Below are positions 44,720-58,412 of a stretch of DNA of 64,000 nt, piece after piece; position 1 is the stretch's first letter; each line of letters opens with the position of its first letter. The DNA is taken from the NCBI RefSeq assembly GCF_009914755.1, contig NC_060927.1, one strand, 5' to 3'. A program made the position numbers and the translations under genes. The notes under the pieces were generated by a model, which ran no database searches, had not been told where the DNA came from, and saw only the letters and a program-made list of their open reading frames with translations. This stretch comes from the human T2T-CHM13v2.0 reference genome, Homo sapiens.

Positions 44720-47106
44720 AAATAGTTTTTGGGCACTATGAACCATGCCCATGTAAGACAGCAAACTTAATGGTATATGTTCTCACTGCTCCACCAACAC
44801 TGTTCTCTTTTCTCTCTCCCTCTCCTGGGGACTTTCTATTCCCTAAGACACAACAACACTGAAATTAGGCCAAATAGTAACCCTAAAATGACCTCAAGTG
44901 CTCAAGTGAAAGGAATAGTCACAAGTCTCTAATTATGGACATGATTAAGTTTAGTGAGAAAGGCATGTCTAAATCTGACATAGGACAAAAGTGAGGCCTC
45001 TTGCACCAAACAGTTAGGCAAGTTGTGAATGGAAAGGAGAAGTTCATGAAGGAAATTAGAAATGCTACTTCAGTGAACACATGAATGATAAGAAAGCAAA
45101 ACAGCCTTACTGGTGATATGGAGAAAGTTTTGGTGGTTTGGTTAGATCAAACTAGCCACAATATTCTGTTAGGCCAAAGCCGAATCCAAAACAAGGCCCC
45201 AACTCGCTTCAATTCTGTGAAGGGTAAGAGAATTCAGGAAGCTTCAGAAGTAAAGTTTGAAACTAGCAGAAATTTGTTTATGGGGTTTAAGAAAAGAAGC
45301 TCTCTCTAACATAAAAGTGCAAGGTGAAGCACCAAGTGCTGATGTAGAAGCAACAAGTTATACAGAAGATCTAGCTAAGATCATTGATGAATGTGGCTAC
45401 ACAAAACAACAGATAATTAATGTAGATGAAACAGCCTTAAGATGAAAGAAAATGCTATCTAGAAAATGCTAGGGCTAGGGAGAAGTCAATACCTAGCTTC
45501 AAAGCTACATGATGGGTTCAATCATACCCCAAACCTCAGCATCATGCAATATGCAATTACTTGCATATGTACCCCCTAAATAACCTCCAAAATAAAGGTT
45601 GAAAAAGAAAAAACAAAAGCCCCCTGATAGTTGCTCACTCTTTCTACCATGTGAGGATATTGCAAAAAGATGTTTGGCCATCTGTAAATTAGGAAGTGGG
45701 TCCTTACCAGACAATTTGTCAGCACCTTGATCTTGGACTTCCTAGCCTTCAGAACTATGAGAAATAAATTTCTGTTCTTTATTTAAAAAAACAAAAAGCT
45801 TCAAAGGACAGGCTGACTCTTGTTAGTGGCCAATAAAAGTGATGACTTTAAGTTGAACACAATGTTCATTCACCATTCCAAAAATCCTAGGTCCTTTAAG
45901 AATTACGCTAAATCTACTCTTCCTGTGCTCTACAAATGGAACAAAAAACCTGGATTACTGAATATTTTAAGCCTACTGTTGAGATATGCTGTGTAGAGAA
46001 AACAATTCCTTTCAAAATAGTACTGCTCATTGGCAATGCCTCTGATCACCCAAAAGATTTGATGGAGATGTACGAGGAGATTAATGTTGTTTTCATGTCT
46101 TCTAACACAGTACTCATTCTGCAGCCCATGAATCAAGGAGCCATTTTGACTTTCAAGTCTTATTATTTAAGAAATACATTTCCTACGGCTATAGCTGTCA
46201 TATATTGTGATAGCTCTGGGCAAAGAAAATTCAAAACCTCGTGGAAAGGATTCACCTTTCTAATGCCACTAAGAACATTTATGATTCAAGGGAGGAGGTC
46301 AAAATATCAACATTAACAGGAGTTTGGAAACAGTGAATTCCAAATCTCATGGATGACTCTGAGGATTTCAAGACTTCAGTGGAAGAAGTAACTGTAGATG
46401 TAGAATTTGCTAGAGAACTAGAATTAGAAGTAGAACCTAAATATGTGGCTAAATTGATGCAAATCTCATAAAATTTGAACAGACGAAAACTGCTTCTTAT
46501 AGAAAAGCAAAAAAGTGCTTTCTTAAATGTAATTTACTCCAGGTGAAGATGCTGTGAACACTGCTGATATTACAATAAAGGATTTAGAATATTGCAGACA
46601 CTTGGTTGATAAAGCAGTGGCAGGGTTTGAGAGGACTGACTCCAATTTTGAATGAAACTCTATTGTGAGTAAAATATTATCAAACAGCATTGCATGTTAT
46701 AGATAAATATTACATGAAAGGAAGAACCAATTGATGTAGTAAACTTCACTGCTGCCTAATTTTAAGAAATTGCCACAGCCACCTTAACTTTCAGCATATG
46801 ATCAGTCAATAGCCATGAACATCGAGGCACAACTCTCCAGCAGCTAAAAGATTACAACTCACTGAAGGCTCAGCTGATTGTTAGCATTTTTTAGCAATTC
46901 TTTTTTAGTTAAGGTACATATTTTTTTTAGACATAATGCTACTGCACACCTAACAGACTACAGTATAGTATAAATACAACTTCTATATTCACTAGGAAGA
47001 CAAAAATAATCTAAGTGACTTGCTTTATTGCAATATGCACTTCATTGCGATGTACTTTATTGCAGTGGTCCCAAACTAAACCCACAATATCTCTGAGGTA
47101 TGCATG
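44720..47106 (+). mobile_element. Tigger1 DNA transposon (5'-truncated, decayed pogo-type transposase) interrupted at 45507-45794
   Basis: ORFs 45085..45309, 45257..45445 (NVDETAL) and 45936..46316 (LQPMNQG) are transposase remnants. 3' TIR aatatctctgaggtatgcatg followed by TA. Confidence 0.92.
45507..45794 (+). mobile_element. L1 (L1PA15/16-like) 3' tip plus MaLR LTR fragment plus A tail, inserted in Tigger1
   Basis: accccaaacctcagcatc..aataaaggttg, A-run, then ccatgtgagga..gcaccttgatcttggacttcc..agaaataaatttctg, A-run; aaagct on both flanks. Confidence 0.8.
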
Positions 47107-47959
47107 TACTAGTAAATTAATTTATTATTTGTGATATTCTTTATGTGATTTTCTAATGGTACAGAGCTGATTTTAAGTATTTATCTTCTTTTTATATCCT
47201 GTCTTCCCCAAACTGAATATTGCTTACAGGTAGAAAATTACAATTGGCATCTTAGTTGTTTTGTATCTTGTTACAATGAATTGAACAAAATAGGCCTCCA
47301 ATAGATATGTAAGTTTTTATTTTCCTTATTGACATAAAGATACCTGAAATTTTTTTTAACAGGCAACAAAGGGAGGTAGCTAACTAGTAGAAATATTAAC
47401 TAGTGATTCTTTGAATCCTACTTTAGTTCTTTTTTCTTTCTCTTTAGAGTATCTGCTAAAAATTTTCATTGTAAAAACTCTTAATTTCTACTGTGTACCA
47501 CTTCTTTTAATTTAATATAATTAGGTTGTGTTTTCTTTACCTAGAGGGAAAACTGAGCTAGTTAATATGCTAGAAGAATATATATCTCACTCGCTGGAAA
47601 GGTAAAGAAAGTATTTTCCTTTCTTTCATATTAAAAGTGAAAGGAAAATACGGGAAACCAAAGAAGGCCCTTATCGCTTTTGCAGGAAATCAATCATAGA
47701 GGCAATAAATTGAGCTATAAATAAACCATTTTCCCCCTGTGGTAACCAAGACAGTTTCTTATTTTCAATTCTACCTTCATCTCGGGATACACATAAAATA
47801 ATTTTTAAAATTTTTCTTTTTCTTTCTTTTTTTTTTTTTTTGCTTTTAGATTGCTACAGAGTATGAAACTTCCATCATACAAAGTCAAATGTAAATTACA
47901 TTATTTAGAGAATTTGGACCACTTTTAAAGGTTTCAATTGGTTAATTATTCCACAAAAT

Positions 47960-48720
47960 AGAATATTTATTATATGCTAGACACAGTTTTATGTGCCTTA
48001 CAGGTAAGGTTTAGCTATTTTAAGCCGTCATAACAACCATTGATGGTAGGTATTATTAGTATCATCTACATTTTATAAATGAGGAAAAAGATGCATAGAA
48101 AAACCAACTAGATTCCCCAAAGTCACAAAGTGAGTAAATGTTGCAGTCAGAACCTGTCCAGGGACAGATAATCTGGCTGCAGAGCCTGCATGCCAAACCC
48201 TAAGTATGCTGTCTCCCAATCAATCAAGCAAGCAGGCTCCATCTCACACATACACATGCTAATGCACATTCCTCTACTTCTCAACTCATCTGAATTAAAT
48301 GTACAATGGTTCCTGAAAGCCTGTATATAAAACATTGTGCTGAGCTACTTTAGAAATACAAAGATGAATAAATAAGCTTGATTTCATGGAGCATATAGTC
48401 TAGGGGGAAGTATGACAACTAGACAAATACTTGTAATAAAACCATAAAAATAGTAAATGCAGAAGATAAGCCAGAGCTTAGCGAAGTTTAAGAAGAGATC
48501 TAGTAATAACACTAATGGGAAAAATTATGAGCAATATTATCTTTGAGGGATTAGTAAGAATTGTTATGCCAGAGATTATAAAAATCTTCAAGTAGAAGGA
48601 GCAATATAAGCAAAGACATAGAAACCTATAATTGCTGATGTGTCCAGAAAGAGCCAAATAAGCCAATTTGACTGAAGAACAGAACATAAGTAAAGGAAGA
48701 GAGAGCTTAAATGGCAGAAA
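47960..48720. mobile_element. MIR (-) followed by L2 (+) fragments
   Basis: ggtaggtattatt..cattttataaatgagg..agtcaca; atggagcatatagtctaggggga. Confidence 0.55.
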
Positions 48721-49293
48721 AGTTGCATCCTATACTCATACATTCAACTAATAACTACTAAATGTCTACAATGTATATGGTACGTAAAAGACTCATTCAA
48801 CAACCATTTACAAAGTAGTTTAAAGATTATATTGAAAATGAGGCTAGCATATGTGAAAGCACTGAACACAAAATCTGACATACAATAACTCTAATAAATG
48901 TGTCTGTTTTCACCAACTTTTGCATAGAAAGTCATTGAAGACTCTTGCAATCAAGCAAGAAAGACCTACATAGTAAACACATTTTACAATATAAATGTGT
49001 CTAAAATACAACAGCAACCAAAGTATAGAGTAATTAACATAGATCACGTAGAAGGGTGTATATGAATGAGAAAAACTCAGAAAAGTGGACTTATGAACTG
49101 AACTTAAAGAAAGGTGTCAAAATTCTGAGACAGATGAAAAGAAAGAGGGAAGAGAGGCATCTAAGGAATAGAAATGTAGGAACTGATCATTTAAAAAGAG
49201 ATCAATTTATATATAATGAAGTCATTGGAAATTGAGAGTAGAGGATAGACATCGTCCATCTATGCAATTACTCATGTAGTCTGTTAACAATTA

Positions 49294-49702
<409 letters not shown>

Positions 49703-50362
49703 TCAATTGAGAAATGGGGGCATGTCAGCAGTTCACTGTAATATATTTTGACAGATGTGAGCTCAGGTACCTGGCAGCACAGAGTAGGGATATCCATTAG
49801 GGTACTAAAGTAAAGCTTTCAAAGTGGCAACACTGGATAGAGCATGGGTGACTGCCTATCCAAGCAGTGAATGCAACATACGAAAACAAAGACAATGAGG
49901 AGTAAAAAATGAGACACACATTGGGAAATATGAACAGTATTGAGTTGTTTCTTTGCAGATGAGTTAAGTATACCGAAATGATAAGTAGAAAAAGAGAAGC
50001 CAGCGAAAAAGTTTCTAAAGCTTGTGATGTTTAATGTGATTTTAGACTTTAACCTAGAATTAATATTCATGCAAACACTTCAAGCGAAAGACTGGAATGA
50101 TTAGCTCTGCTTTTTAGACAGCTCACTGGTCCCCTAAGAACAATAGGATAGGTTGTTATTGGAGATAGGGAGACTAATCAGAAGGTTGTTGGGGTAATGC
50201 AGAGCATGAATTTAAATTTGAAGAAGAGAATTTTATGTATGGAGAGGAGAGGCTATGTAAGAAGATTCAAGAGTTAGAATCTGTGTTTCTAATTGAATTA
50301 TAATTTGTTTGGAAATTTATGTCTAAATCTTCTCAATGCTAATTTTTGTTTTTTTTTTTTTT

Positions 50363-53300
50363 TTCAAGATGGCAGACTGGAGGCAGTGTCAGCATGCTTC
50401 TCCCACTTGGAAGGACAGAATAATGTGCAGAGATTCAGTGTGAATTTTTTCCCAAAGAACCAACACAGGAACTTAGGAAAACAGAATCCACAGACCCTGT
50501 GAAAGAATTGGGAGGCTATAGCCTACTACGTGAGACAGGTGAAAAACTCCTAAGTCCTCAGAGTGCGAGAGGGGAAGAGTCTGCCTCCAAGTACACATCC
50601 CCACCAGGGAATCTGAAAATCCAGGCCACTGGAGAAGCCCTTCACCCTTCCAATAGCTGGAACAGATTTAGGGAAATAAAAAAGTAGGAGCCGCAGCAGG
50701 ACTTCCCAATCTCCAGCATGAACCCAGGGAAGCTATTCCTGAATATATCTCACAGGGACCCTCTGGAAGTCAGCCAATGAGCTCAGGGAAAGGACACAGG
50801 GTGAAAGAACCTCCCAACTGAATTTTGTAATATAATCTCGAGTGGAACAAATTCCCTTGAACAGAATGGGGAGGGAGGAGTTGCGGCAAGTGGGAAGTGT
50901 GCTGCAGACAGGAGCATAGGAGCTGGGTGCCTGGCCATGCCTGGGAAGACGAAGAGGGGCATGGCTTTTTGAAAGCCATGGCAGCTTTCTATGTGGAGAA
51001 GCTTATGACCTGGGGCAGGTCTGAGTTCTGTCTATAGACTACCTGGATCTAAACCAAGCATTGTTAGCAGAGCACTGTGGGAGTGAGATCAGCCTCACCA
51101 ACTGCAGGAGAGCTGGGTAAGGTTTACTGCCACCCAATAACAATAACAAGCAGTGAGACTGAATCAGTAATTTTAAAAATGCAAACAGAGAAAGTCCAGG
51201 ACAAGATAGATTCACAACTGAATTCTACCAGACATTCAAAGACAAATTGGTACTAATCCTACTGAAACTGTTCTAAAAGACAGAGAAAGAGGGAATCCTC
51301 CGTAAATCATTCTATGAAGCCACTACCATGCTAATATCAAAACCAGGAAAAGACATAACAACAACAAACTACAGACCAATATCTCTGATGAACATAGATG
51401 CAAAAATCCTCAACAAAATACTAGCTAACTAATCCAACAGCACAACAAAAAACTAATACATCACAATCAAGTGGGTTTCAGAGATACAAGGACAGTTTAA
51501 CATATGTAAGTTAATAAATGTGACACATCACATAAACAGAAATTTTAAAAATATATATAATCATCTCAATAGACCCAGAAATAGCATTTGATAACATACA
51601 GCACCCCTTTATAATCCCTCAACAAAATATGTATAGAAGAGATTTACCCGAAAGTAATAAAAGCCATATATGTCAAACCTATAGCTAACATCATACTGAA
51701 TGGCAAAAAGTTGAAAGCATTCCCCCTGAGAATTGTAACCAGATAAAGATCCCCACCTTCACCACTTCTATTCAACCCAGTACTGGAAGTCACAGCCAGA
51801 GCAATCCAATAAAAAAAAAGAAAGAAGAAGCATCCAAATTGGAAAAGAGGAAGTCGAACTGTCATCATTCACTGATGATATGATCATATACCTAGAAAAG
51901 CCTCAAGATTCATCCAAAAAGCTCCCAGATCTTATAAATGAATTCAGTAAAGTCTCTGGACACAAAATCAATGTACACAAATCAGTGGCACTGCTATACA
52001 CCAACATAACCAAGCTGAGAATCAAACCAAGAACTCAATCCCCTTTGCAACAGCTGAAAAAAATAAAATAAAATACTTAGGAATATATTTAACCAAGGAG
52101 GTGAAAGATCTCTAGAAGGAAAACTACAAAACACTGAAACACAGAAATTATAGATGACACAACAAATGGAAACACATCACCTGCTCATGGATGGGAAGAA
52201 TAAAATGACCACACTGCTCAAAGCAATCCAGACTCATGCAATTCCCATCAAAATACCATCAACATTCTTCACAGAACTAGAAAAAACAATCCTAAGATTC
52301 GTATGGAACCAAAAAAGAGACCATATCACCAAAGCAATACTAAGCGAAAAGAACAAATCTGGAGGCATCACACTATCTGACCTCAAATTACAACACAAGG
52401 CTATAGTTACCAAAGCAGCATGGTACTGGTATAATGACAGGCACATAGACCAATGGAACAGAACAGAGAACCCAGAAGTAAAGCCAAATACAGCTAACTG
52501 ATCTTCGACAAAGCATACAAAAACATAAATTTGGAAAAGGATACCCTTATTCAATAAACTGTGCTGGAAAAACTGGCAGGCCACATGTAGAAGAATGAAA
52601 CTGGATCCCCATCTCTCACCTTATTAAAAAATCAACTCAAGATGGATCAAAGACTTAAATCTAAGACCTGAAACCATGAAAATCCTACAAGATAACATCA
52701 AAGAAACTCTTCTAGACATTAGCTTAGGCAGAGAATTCATGGCTAAGACCTCAAAAGCAAATGCATAAAAATAAAAATAAATAAATGGGACCTAATTAAA
52801 AAGCTTCTGCACAGCAAAAGAAATAATCAGGAGAGTAAACAGACAACTCACACAGTGGGAGAACATACTTGCAAACTATGCTTCTGACAACGGACTAGTA
52901 TCTAGAATCTACAAGGACCTAAAACAAATCAGCAAGAAGAAAACAAATAATCCCATCAAAAAGTGGGCAAAGGAAATGAATAGACATTTCTCAAAAGACA
53001 TATACAAACAGCCAACAAACATATGAAAAAATGCTCAACATCACTAATCATCGGGGAAATGCAAATGAAAACCACAGTGAGAAACCACCTTACTTCTGCA
53101 ACAATGACCATAATTAAAAACAATAGATGTTGTTAAACATCTTTAAAAACAATAGATGTTGACGTGGATGTTGTGAAAAGGGAACACTTCTACATTGCTG
53201 GTGGGAGTATGAATTAGTAACAACCACTATGGAAAACAGTATGGAGACTCTTTAAAGAACTAAAAGTAGAACTGCCATTCAATCCAGCAATCCACTGCCA

Positions 53301-53756
53301 GATACCTGGTCAAAGGAAAAGAAGTCATTATATGAAAAAGACACATGCACACGCTTGTTTATAGCAGCATAATTTGCAATTGCAATGATATGGAACCAAC
53401 CTAAGTGCACATAGACCAACAAGCGGATAAAGAAAACATGGCATATTTACACCATGGACTATTACTCAGCCATAAGAAGGAATGAAATAATGTCTTTTGC
53501 AGCAACTTGGATGGAGCTAGAAACCATTATTCTAAGTGAAGTAACTCAGAAATAGAAAACCAAATATCGTATGTTCTCACTTATAAGTGGGAGCTAAGCT
53601 ATGAGCAAGCAAAGGCATAAGAATGATATAATGGACTTTGGGGTCGTGGTGGGGAAGGGTGAGAGAGGGGTAAGGGATAAAAGACTACACTACATATTAG
53701 GTACAGTGTGCACTGCTCAGGTGACCAGTGCACTAAAATCTTATAAATCACCACTT
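50363..53756 (+). mobile_element. L1PB-like element: 5'UTR (to about 51133) joined directly to mid-ORF2 through 3'UTR
   Basis: caagatggc start; decayed RT and C-terminal ORF2 (ORFs 51880..52071, 52154..52501); L1PB-type 3'UTR gggataaaagactacac; no poly-A left. Confidence 0.85.
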
Positions 53757-54253
53757 CAATCAATCACTTTTCTCAATGTCAAAAAGTACTTAAATGAGTC
53801 ACAAGCTGCTACCTGACTCGCTAAGAAAAATGACTGTCACCCAGAGTCTAATCACATTGATGTGCTTCTTTTTTTAACGCTAGTAATATATTTTTCGAGC
53901 TTCATGCTTAAAGTTTCTGGATTATAAGTTATTATTCCAGAGTGTGAAGATTCAGTTTAGTATTGGTCTCATTTTGCTGAACATACTTAGACACATTTAT
54001 TCAATAATGTCACTTTTCTTTTCCTACAGATTTCTAACTCCTGGTCAACAGACTATGAAAGGAAAAGCATGACTGCATTGTTAAAATATATTCATTTGCA
54101 TAAAAATTGACCATAAACAGAATCTCCCAACAAATTTGCCATGATACATGTGTTACTGTTCCCCTTGGGCCACAAGGCAGGCAGTGCCTCTTGGCTGCTG
54201 GGCTTGGGTCCTGAGCAGAGAGGGTAGCACTACCATGTCTTCAAAAACAACAG

Positions 54254-54390
54254 TGCTATAGTTTGAATGCCCCTTCCAAAATTCATGTTAAAATTTAATT
54301 GCCATTGCGACTGTATTAAGAAGTAGGACCTTCAAGAGGTGGTTAGATCTTGAGGGCGCTGCCCTCATGAATGGATTAATGGTTCTGTTT
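54254..54390 (+). mobile_element. MSTC/D-like LTR 5' fragment
   Basis: tgctatagtttgaatg..ccaaaattcatgtt..gccctcatgaatggattaatg. Confidence 0.75.
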
Positions 54391-56657
54391 TAGGAAAGAA
54401 TGCTGTTTTCAAGTTTAAAGGCACTGGTTGGGCTAAATGAAAGCATTCTTACATGGCCTCAATGAACAGTGAGATAAATGACAGGCATGCTCCCACAGGA
54501 GAACTAAGTTTTGGGAAAATACAAACAGTATTAGAGCATAATGGAAAAAAAAAATTCAACCTTTCGAAAGGATACACATTATTCATGCATATGTCCATTC
54601 ATTCAATAAAATATTATGGAACCACAAGGTAAAAACCTAGGAAGAATAAAAAAATACTTTCTCCAATTATCTAATAAAGGAATAATTAATTTGTATGACT
54701 ATGGTAACGCATATAAGTTCCAAAAGGAGCATGAAATTTGGCAGTCATCCACAAATTAAAAGTGTTAAAGAAAAATTAAGCAGCTTTCTCAATTCAGTAA
54801 AAACAGCAGACAAAAGTGAAAAGACTTGGGAGGTAGGGAAAGTATCTAATCACTATTTCAAGAATCCCTCATTTGATGTAGTAGTGATTTCACTCATGTA
54901 GCAGTTGAACAGAAATTTCAGCCCCTTGATGTCTGTGGTTATAAATAAAGGGAAATAAAGATGTCTCAAATGCATAATTTTCTGTGGCTTGAAGTACCAG
55001 CAAAGTAAACTCCTCTCTTAAAAAAAACCTGTGAGCAATCTTTCCATTTTTTATTGACCTTATGACAAGTAAACAATTTTATAACTCATCAGAATTTTCA
55101 GTTTTCAAAAAGAAATACCATAATCAATTTGTCCTATATATTTTCTTAAAACTTTAAGAGAAAGTTTATTTTGAAGGTTACCGACTGTTTGAACTAAGCT
55201 TACAATGTTAATACATGAACTGCAACTACAGGAAACAAACCCTCTCAGTTCCTACACCCTGAACCTGGCAAGATTGTTCTGCTTTCTACAATTAATAAAT
55301 ATTTAATTAGTATAGTCTTAGCTGTCTGTGTTATTCTAATTCAGATAAGGATAAACTTTTTTCTAAATTCTTCATTTCTGAATGAATATATGAACATTAT
55401 AAATAACTAGATTGCTACAACACAGAATTTCCATGTTAATGGCAACAATGGCATTTTCTCCTTTAGTGCCTAAAAATAATTCAGAATACATTTTAGTACA
55501 ATGTGGGAAATAGGCTTTAATATTTTGGATGCCAAAAAAATTGTGTGCTTAATGAAATGTACATTACTCTATGTAGGTATATTCCAATCTTGGTGGTGAC
55601 TATAGTAAACTATAGTACTTTGTAAAGAAAAAACAAAAACAAAAACAAAAACAAACAAAGGAAAACCAATATCGCAGTTCAACATATCAAAGTACTAAAA
55701 AAAGTGTATACTAACAATTTTTATGTCTAATTTCATCAGTTAAAGGACAAATACAGACCTTTGAGACAAGATTAAAACAATAATCTATGTAAGCAGTCAC
55801 ACTTCCTCCTTACTTACTCAGCCAGGGCTTTGCCTACATTCTAGGACATTCTGAGGATGCGCTCTCATTAAAGGTAATTCTTAAAAGGTTACTGGGGAAA
55901 CCACTTGCCTCCTGATGCTCATTCTTGATCATTTTACTGAGACATTTATGACAAAAGTTTTGCAACTTTTATATAAATTATGCTGACCTTAGATATTCAA
56001 TTCCATTATCTACCAAGCTCACCAGAATCTGTGTCTCTGTAGGGCATACATCTTTAACTACTTTGCAACAGACTACATCTTTGTGATAACATTATCCTCA
56101 TATCTTGTTCACACATATATAATCTCTATGCAGTAAAACAAAGAAAGGCTGGATCAGGGTGCCAGGGCCTTCTCTCACCTCGATTTCAGACCTTAACCAA
56201 GCTTAACATACCACCTCCTCCAGGAAGCAGTCCCTGATCACTGATCCCAAAGCAACTATTCCCTTCTAAATTGTCACAGCAATTTACTTATGCCATTTTT
56301 TAAAGTATCTATGCCCTTCTACCCTTTATTTTGTATATTAAGTACATATTAAATTATAAGAAGTTATCAGCTTCTCATGTATAAAGACTCTTACATACCT
56401 CTGCTTCTCAGAACAAACTCAATGAATGCTCATGAAATAAATAACATTGTATAATATTTACTTAGTGACTAAAAAACTATTGCATTATTGAGGCATACCT
56501 TTGGTGACTATAAAAATTACCAATCAAAATGCTTATCAAAAATAATAAAATACATTCACAAAACACTCAAGTAAAATATATACCATATCCAACTGGAGGG
56601 AGGATACAGTAACCCTTGAAAGATAGATCCACAGCTATAAAAATGATTTTTACTTAC

Positions 56658-56804
56658 TTGTCTCCAAAAAACTTTCTCCAGAATTCAGCAGCATCTGCTT
56701 TTGTGATACGAAAGTTATCTCCCTGGAATTGACCATTGGGAAAGATTGCTTTGATTTCTGCCAGCATGTGACTGAAGATAAGGGACAGTTTTGTGAGATT
56801 TCGT
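56658..56804 (-). CDS. CBLB: CBLB exon 4 (147 nt, phase 2-2): [48 protein letters not shown](K); end of the four-helix bundle
   Basis: Lies within ORF 56654..56860. Acceptor cctacag|ACGA, donor CAA|gtaagt. Confidence 0.98.
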
Positions 56805-57039
56805 CTGTAGGCACAAGGGAAAAAAATGAAGATAAGAAATAAACACCTATATGCATGCAAATTTTTATGGTAATATATATTAAGACAAACAATGTTATGT
56901 ATGTATCAACGTATGTCTTGGTGGTTGATCACGAAAACCTCAACTTAATGCTGCCCTTAAAAAAAGTTTATGAAAACATTGTACATTTAAATTCCTAACA
57001 AAGCTGTCAACTTATTAGTTATCCATGTATTCATTTAAC

Positions 57040-57600
57040 ATAAACACAAATAAGATAAATTACATAATTTCACTGAGCTCACAGATTAATGGAAGAGATG
57101 GACACTTAAAAAATTAATAATCAAATATAAATGGTAAACATAAAAGAGAGAGTGACTATTTCTACCTGGGGGAGTAAGGAAAGATTTGCCATCAGAGGAG
57201 AATCTAGGAAGAAAACTCATTGTTTGACAGATAAAAGACCTGGAGAGGAGAGAAAGGGCGGATGCAGAGGGAAGTAAAAGGTATTTCAGGCAGTAGAAAC
57301 AGCATGTACAAAAGTACTAATACAAAAGTATAAAATGAAAATGTATTGGTATTATATCATTTTTGGCACAGTGAAAGCAGAGCAGAGGGTAACAGGAGAA
57401 AATAACATGAGACAGAGTAAGAAACTTTAGTTGGGACATGACATAAAGAGGCATCTGAATCAATGCACAGTTTTTGTTATACATGCTTGCCACTCCTACC
57501 TAAATATCAGATTTTCTGAGGAAGGGTTCTAGATATATGCATATTTTAGAAGCCCTGTGGGCAATTCTAATGTGCTTTCCTCATTAAGAGGTACTGCTAT
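57040..57600. mobile_element. L2 (+) fragment followed by a MER5-like fragment
   Basis: tttcaggcagtagaaacagcatgtacaaa; gcatatttttagaagccc..attctaatgtgc. Confidence 0.5.
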
Positions 57601-57616
57601 AAGAAATGGAGAGTCA

Positions 57617-57910
57617 GGCTAGGTGTGGTGACTCACCCCTGTAATCCTACCACATTGGGAGGCTGAGGTGGCCAAATGGCTAGAGCCCAGAGTTTGAGAC
57701 CAGCCTCGGCAACATGGCAGGACCTCATCTCTACAAAAAATAAGCAGGGCGTGGGAGCGCATGCCTATAGCCCCAGTTATTAGGGAGGCTGATGTGATCT
57801 CTTGAGCCAGGAGGCAGAGGTTCAGTGAGACATGAACACGCCACTGCACTTCAGCATGGGTAACAGGGTGAGACAATGTCTCAAAAACAAAAAATGAAAG
57901 AGAAAAGAAA
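57617..57910 (+). mobile_element. AluJ
   Basis: Diverged dimer; TSD aaatggagagtca. Confidence 0.88.
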
Positions 57911-58362
57911 TAAATGGAGAGTCAAATGGATTAATGGATTCAGAATTCTGAAGACTTGATGAAGTCTGTTTTAGAAGGAAAAAATTGTAGTAATATGACT
58001 AAATGGTTTAGAATGGAGATACAGGTGTCAGCTCTATTCTAATTTCCATGTTAAGTTCTGGGGATTCTGACAAGATTTAAACCATGCTTCATACTACAAA
58101 ACAGTACTATCAATCACCTATAATCCTTGCTAACATTTCTTAAATTTTCAATATTACGTTAATCGGCATAAAACTACTAGTGTTAGATAGTTAAGAAGCA
58201 ATTAAAACACAAAATACTAAATAACTTCCCCAGTTTCAAACAAACTTTATTTCTTTATATTCCCTTTTGCTCAGAATGACCAGAAATCAATAGGTACATT
58301 CTGCATATGTTTTCATTTTGAAGCTTCAGCTATTATGCATGTGTATGTGCACCTGTATATAT

Positions 58363-58412
58363 GAGAGAGAGAGAGAGTGTGTGTGTGTGCATGTGTGTGT
58401 ATGTGTGTGTGT
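58363..58412. repeat. (GA)n(TG)n compound microsatellite
   Basis: Read directly from the sequence. Confidence 0.9.

Noticed and set aside
45085-46316. Transposase-like ORFs as a possible domesticated TIGD-type gene
   Set aside because: Multiple stops, frameshifts and an insertion; this is a dead Tigger1.
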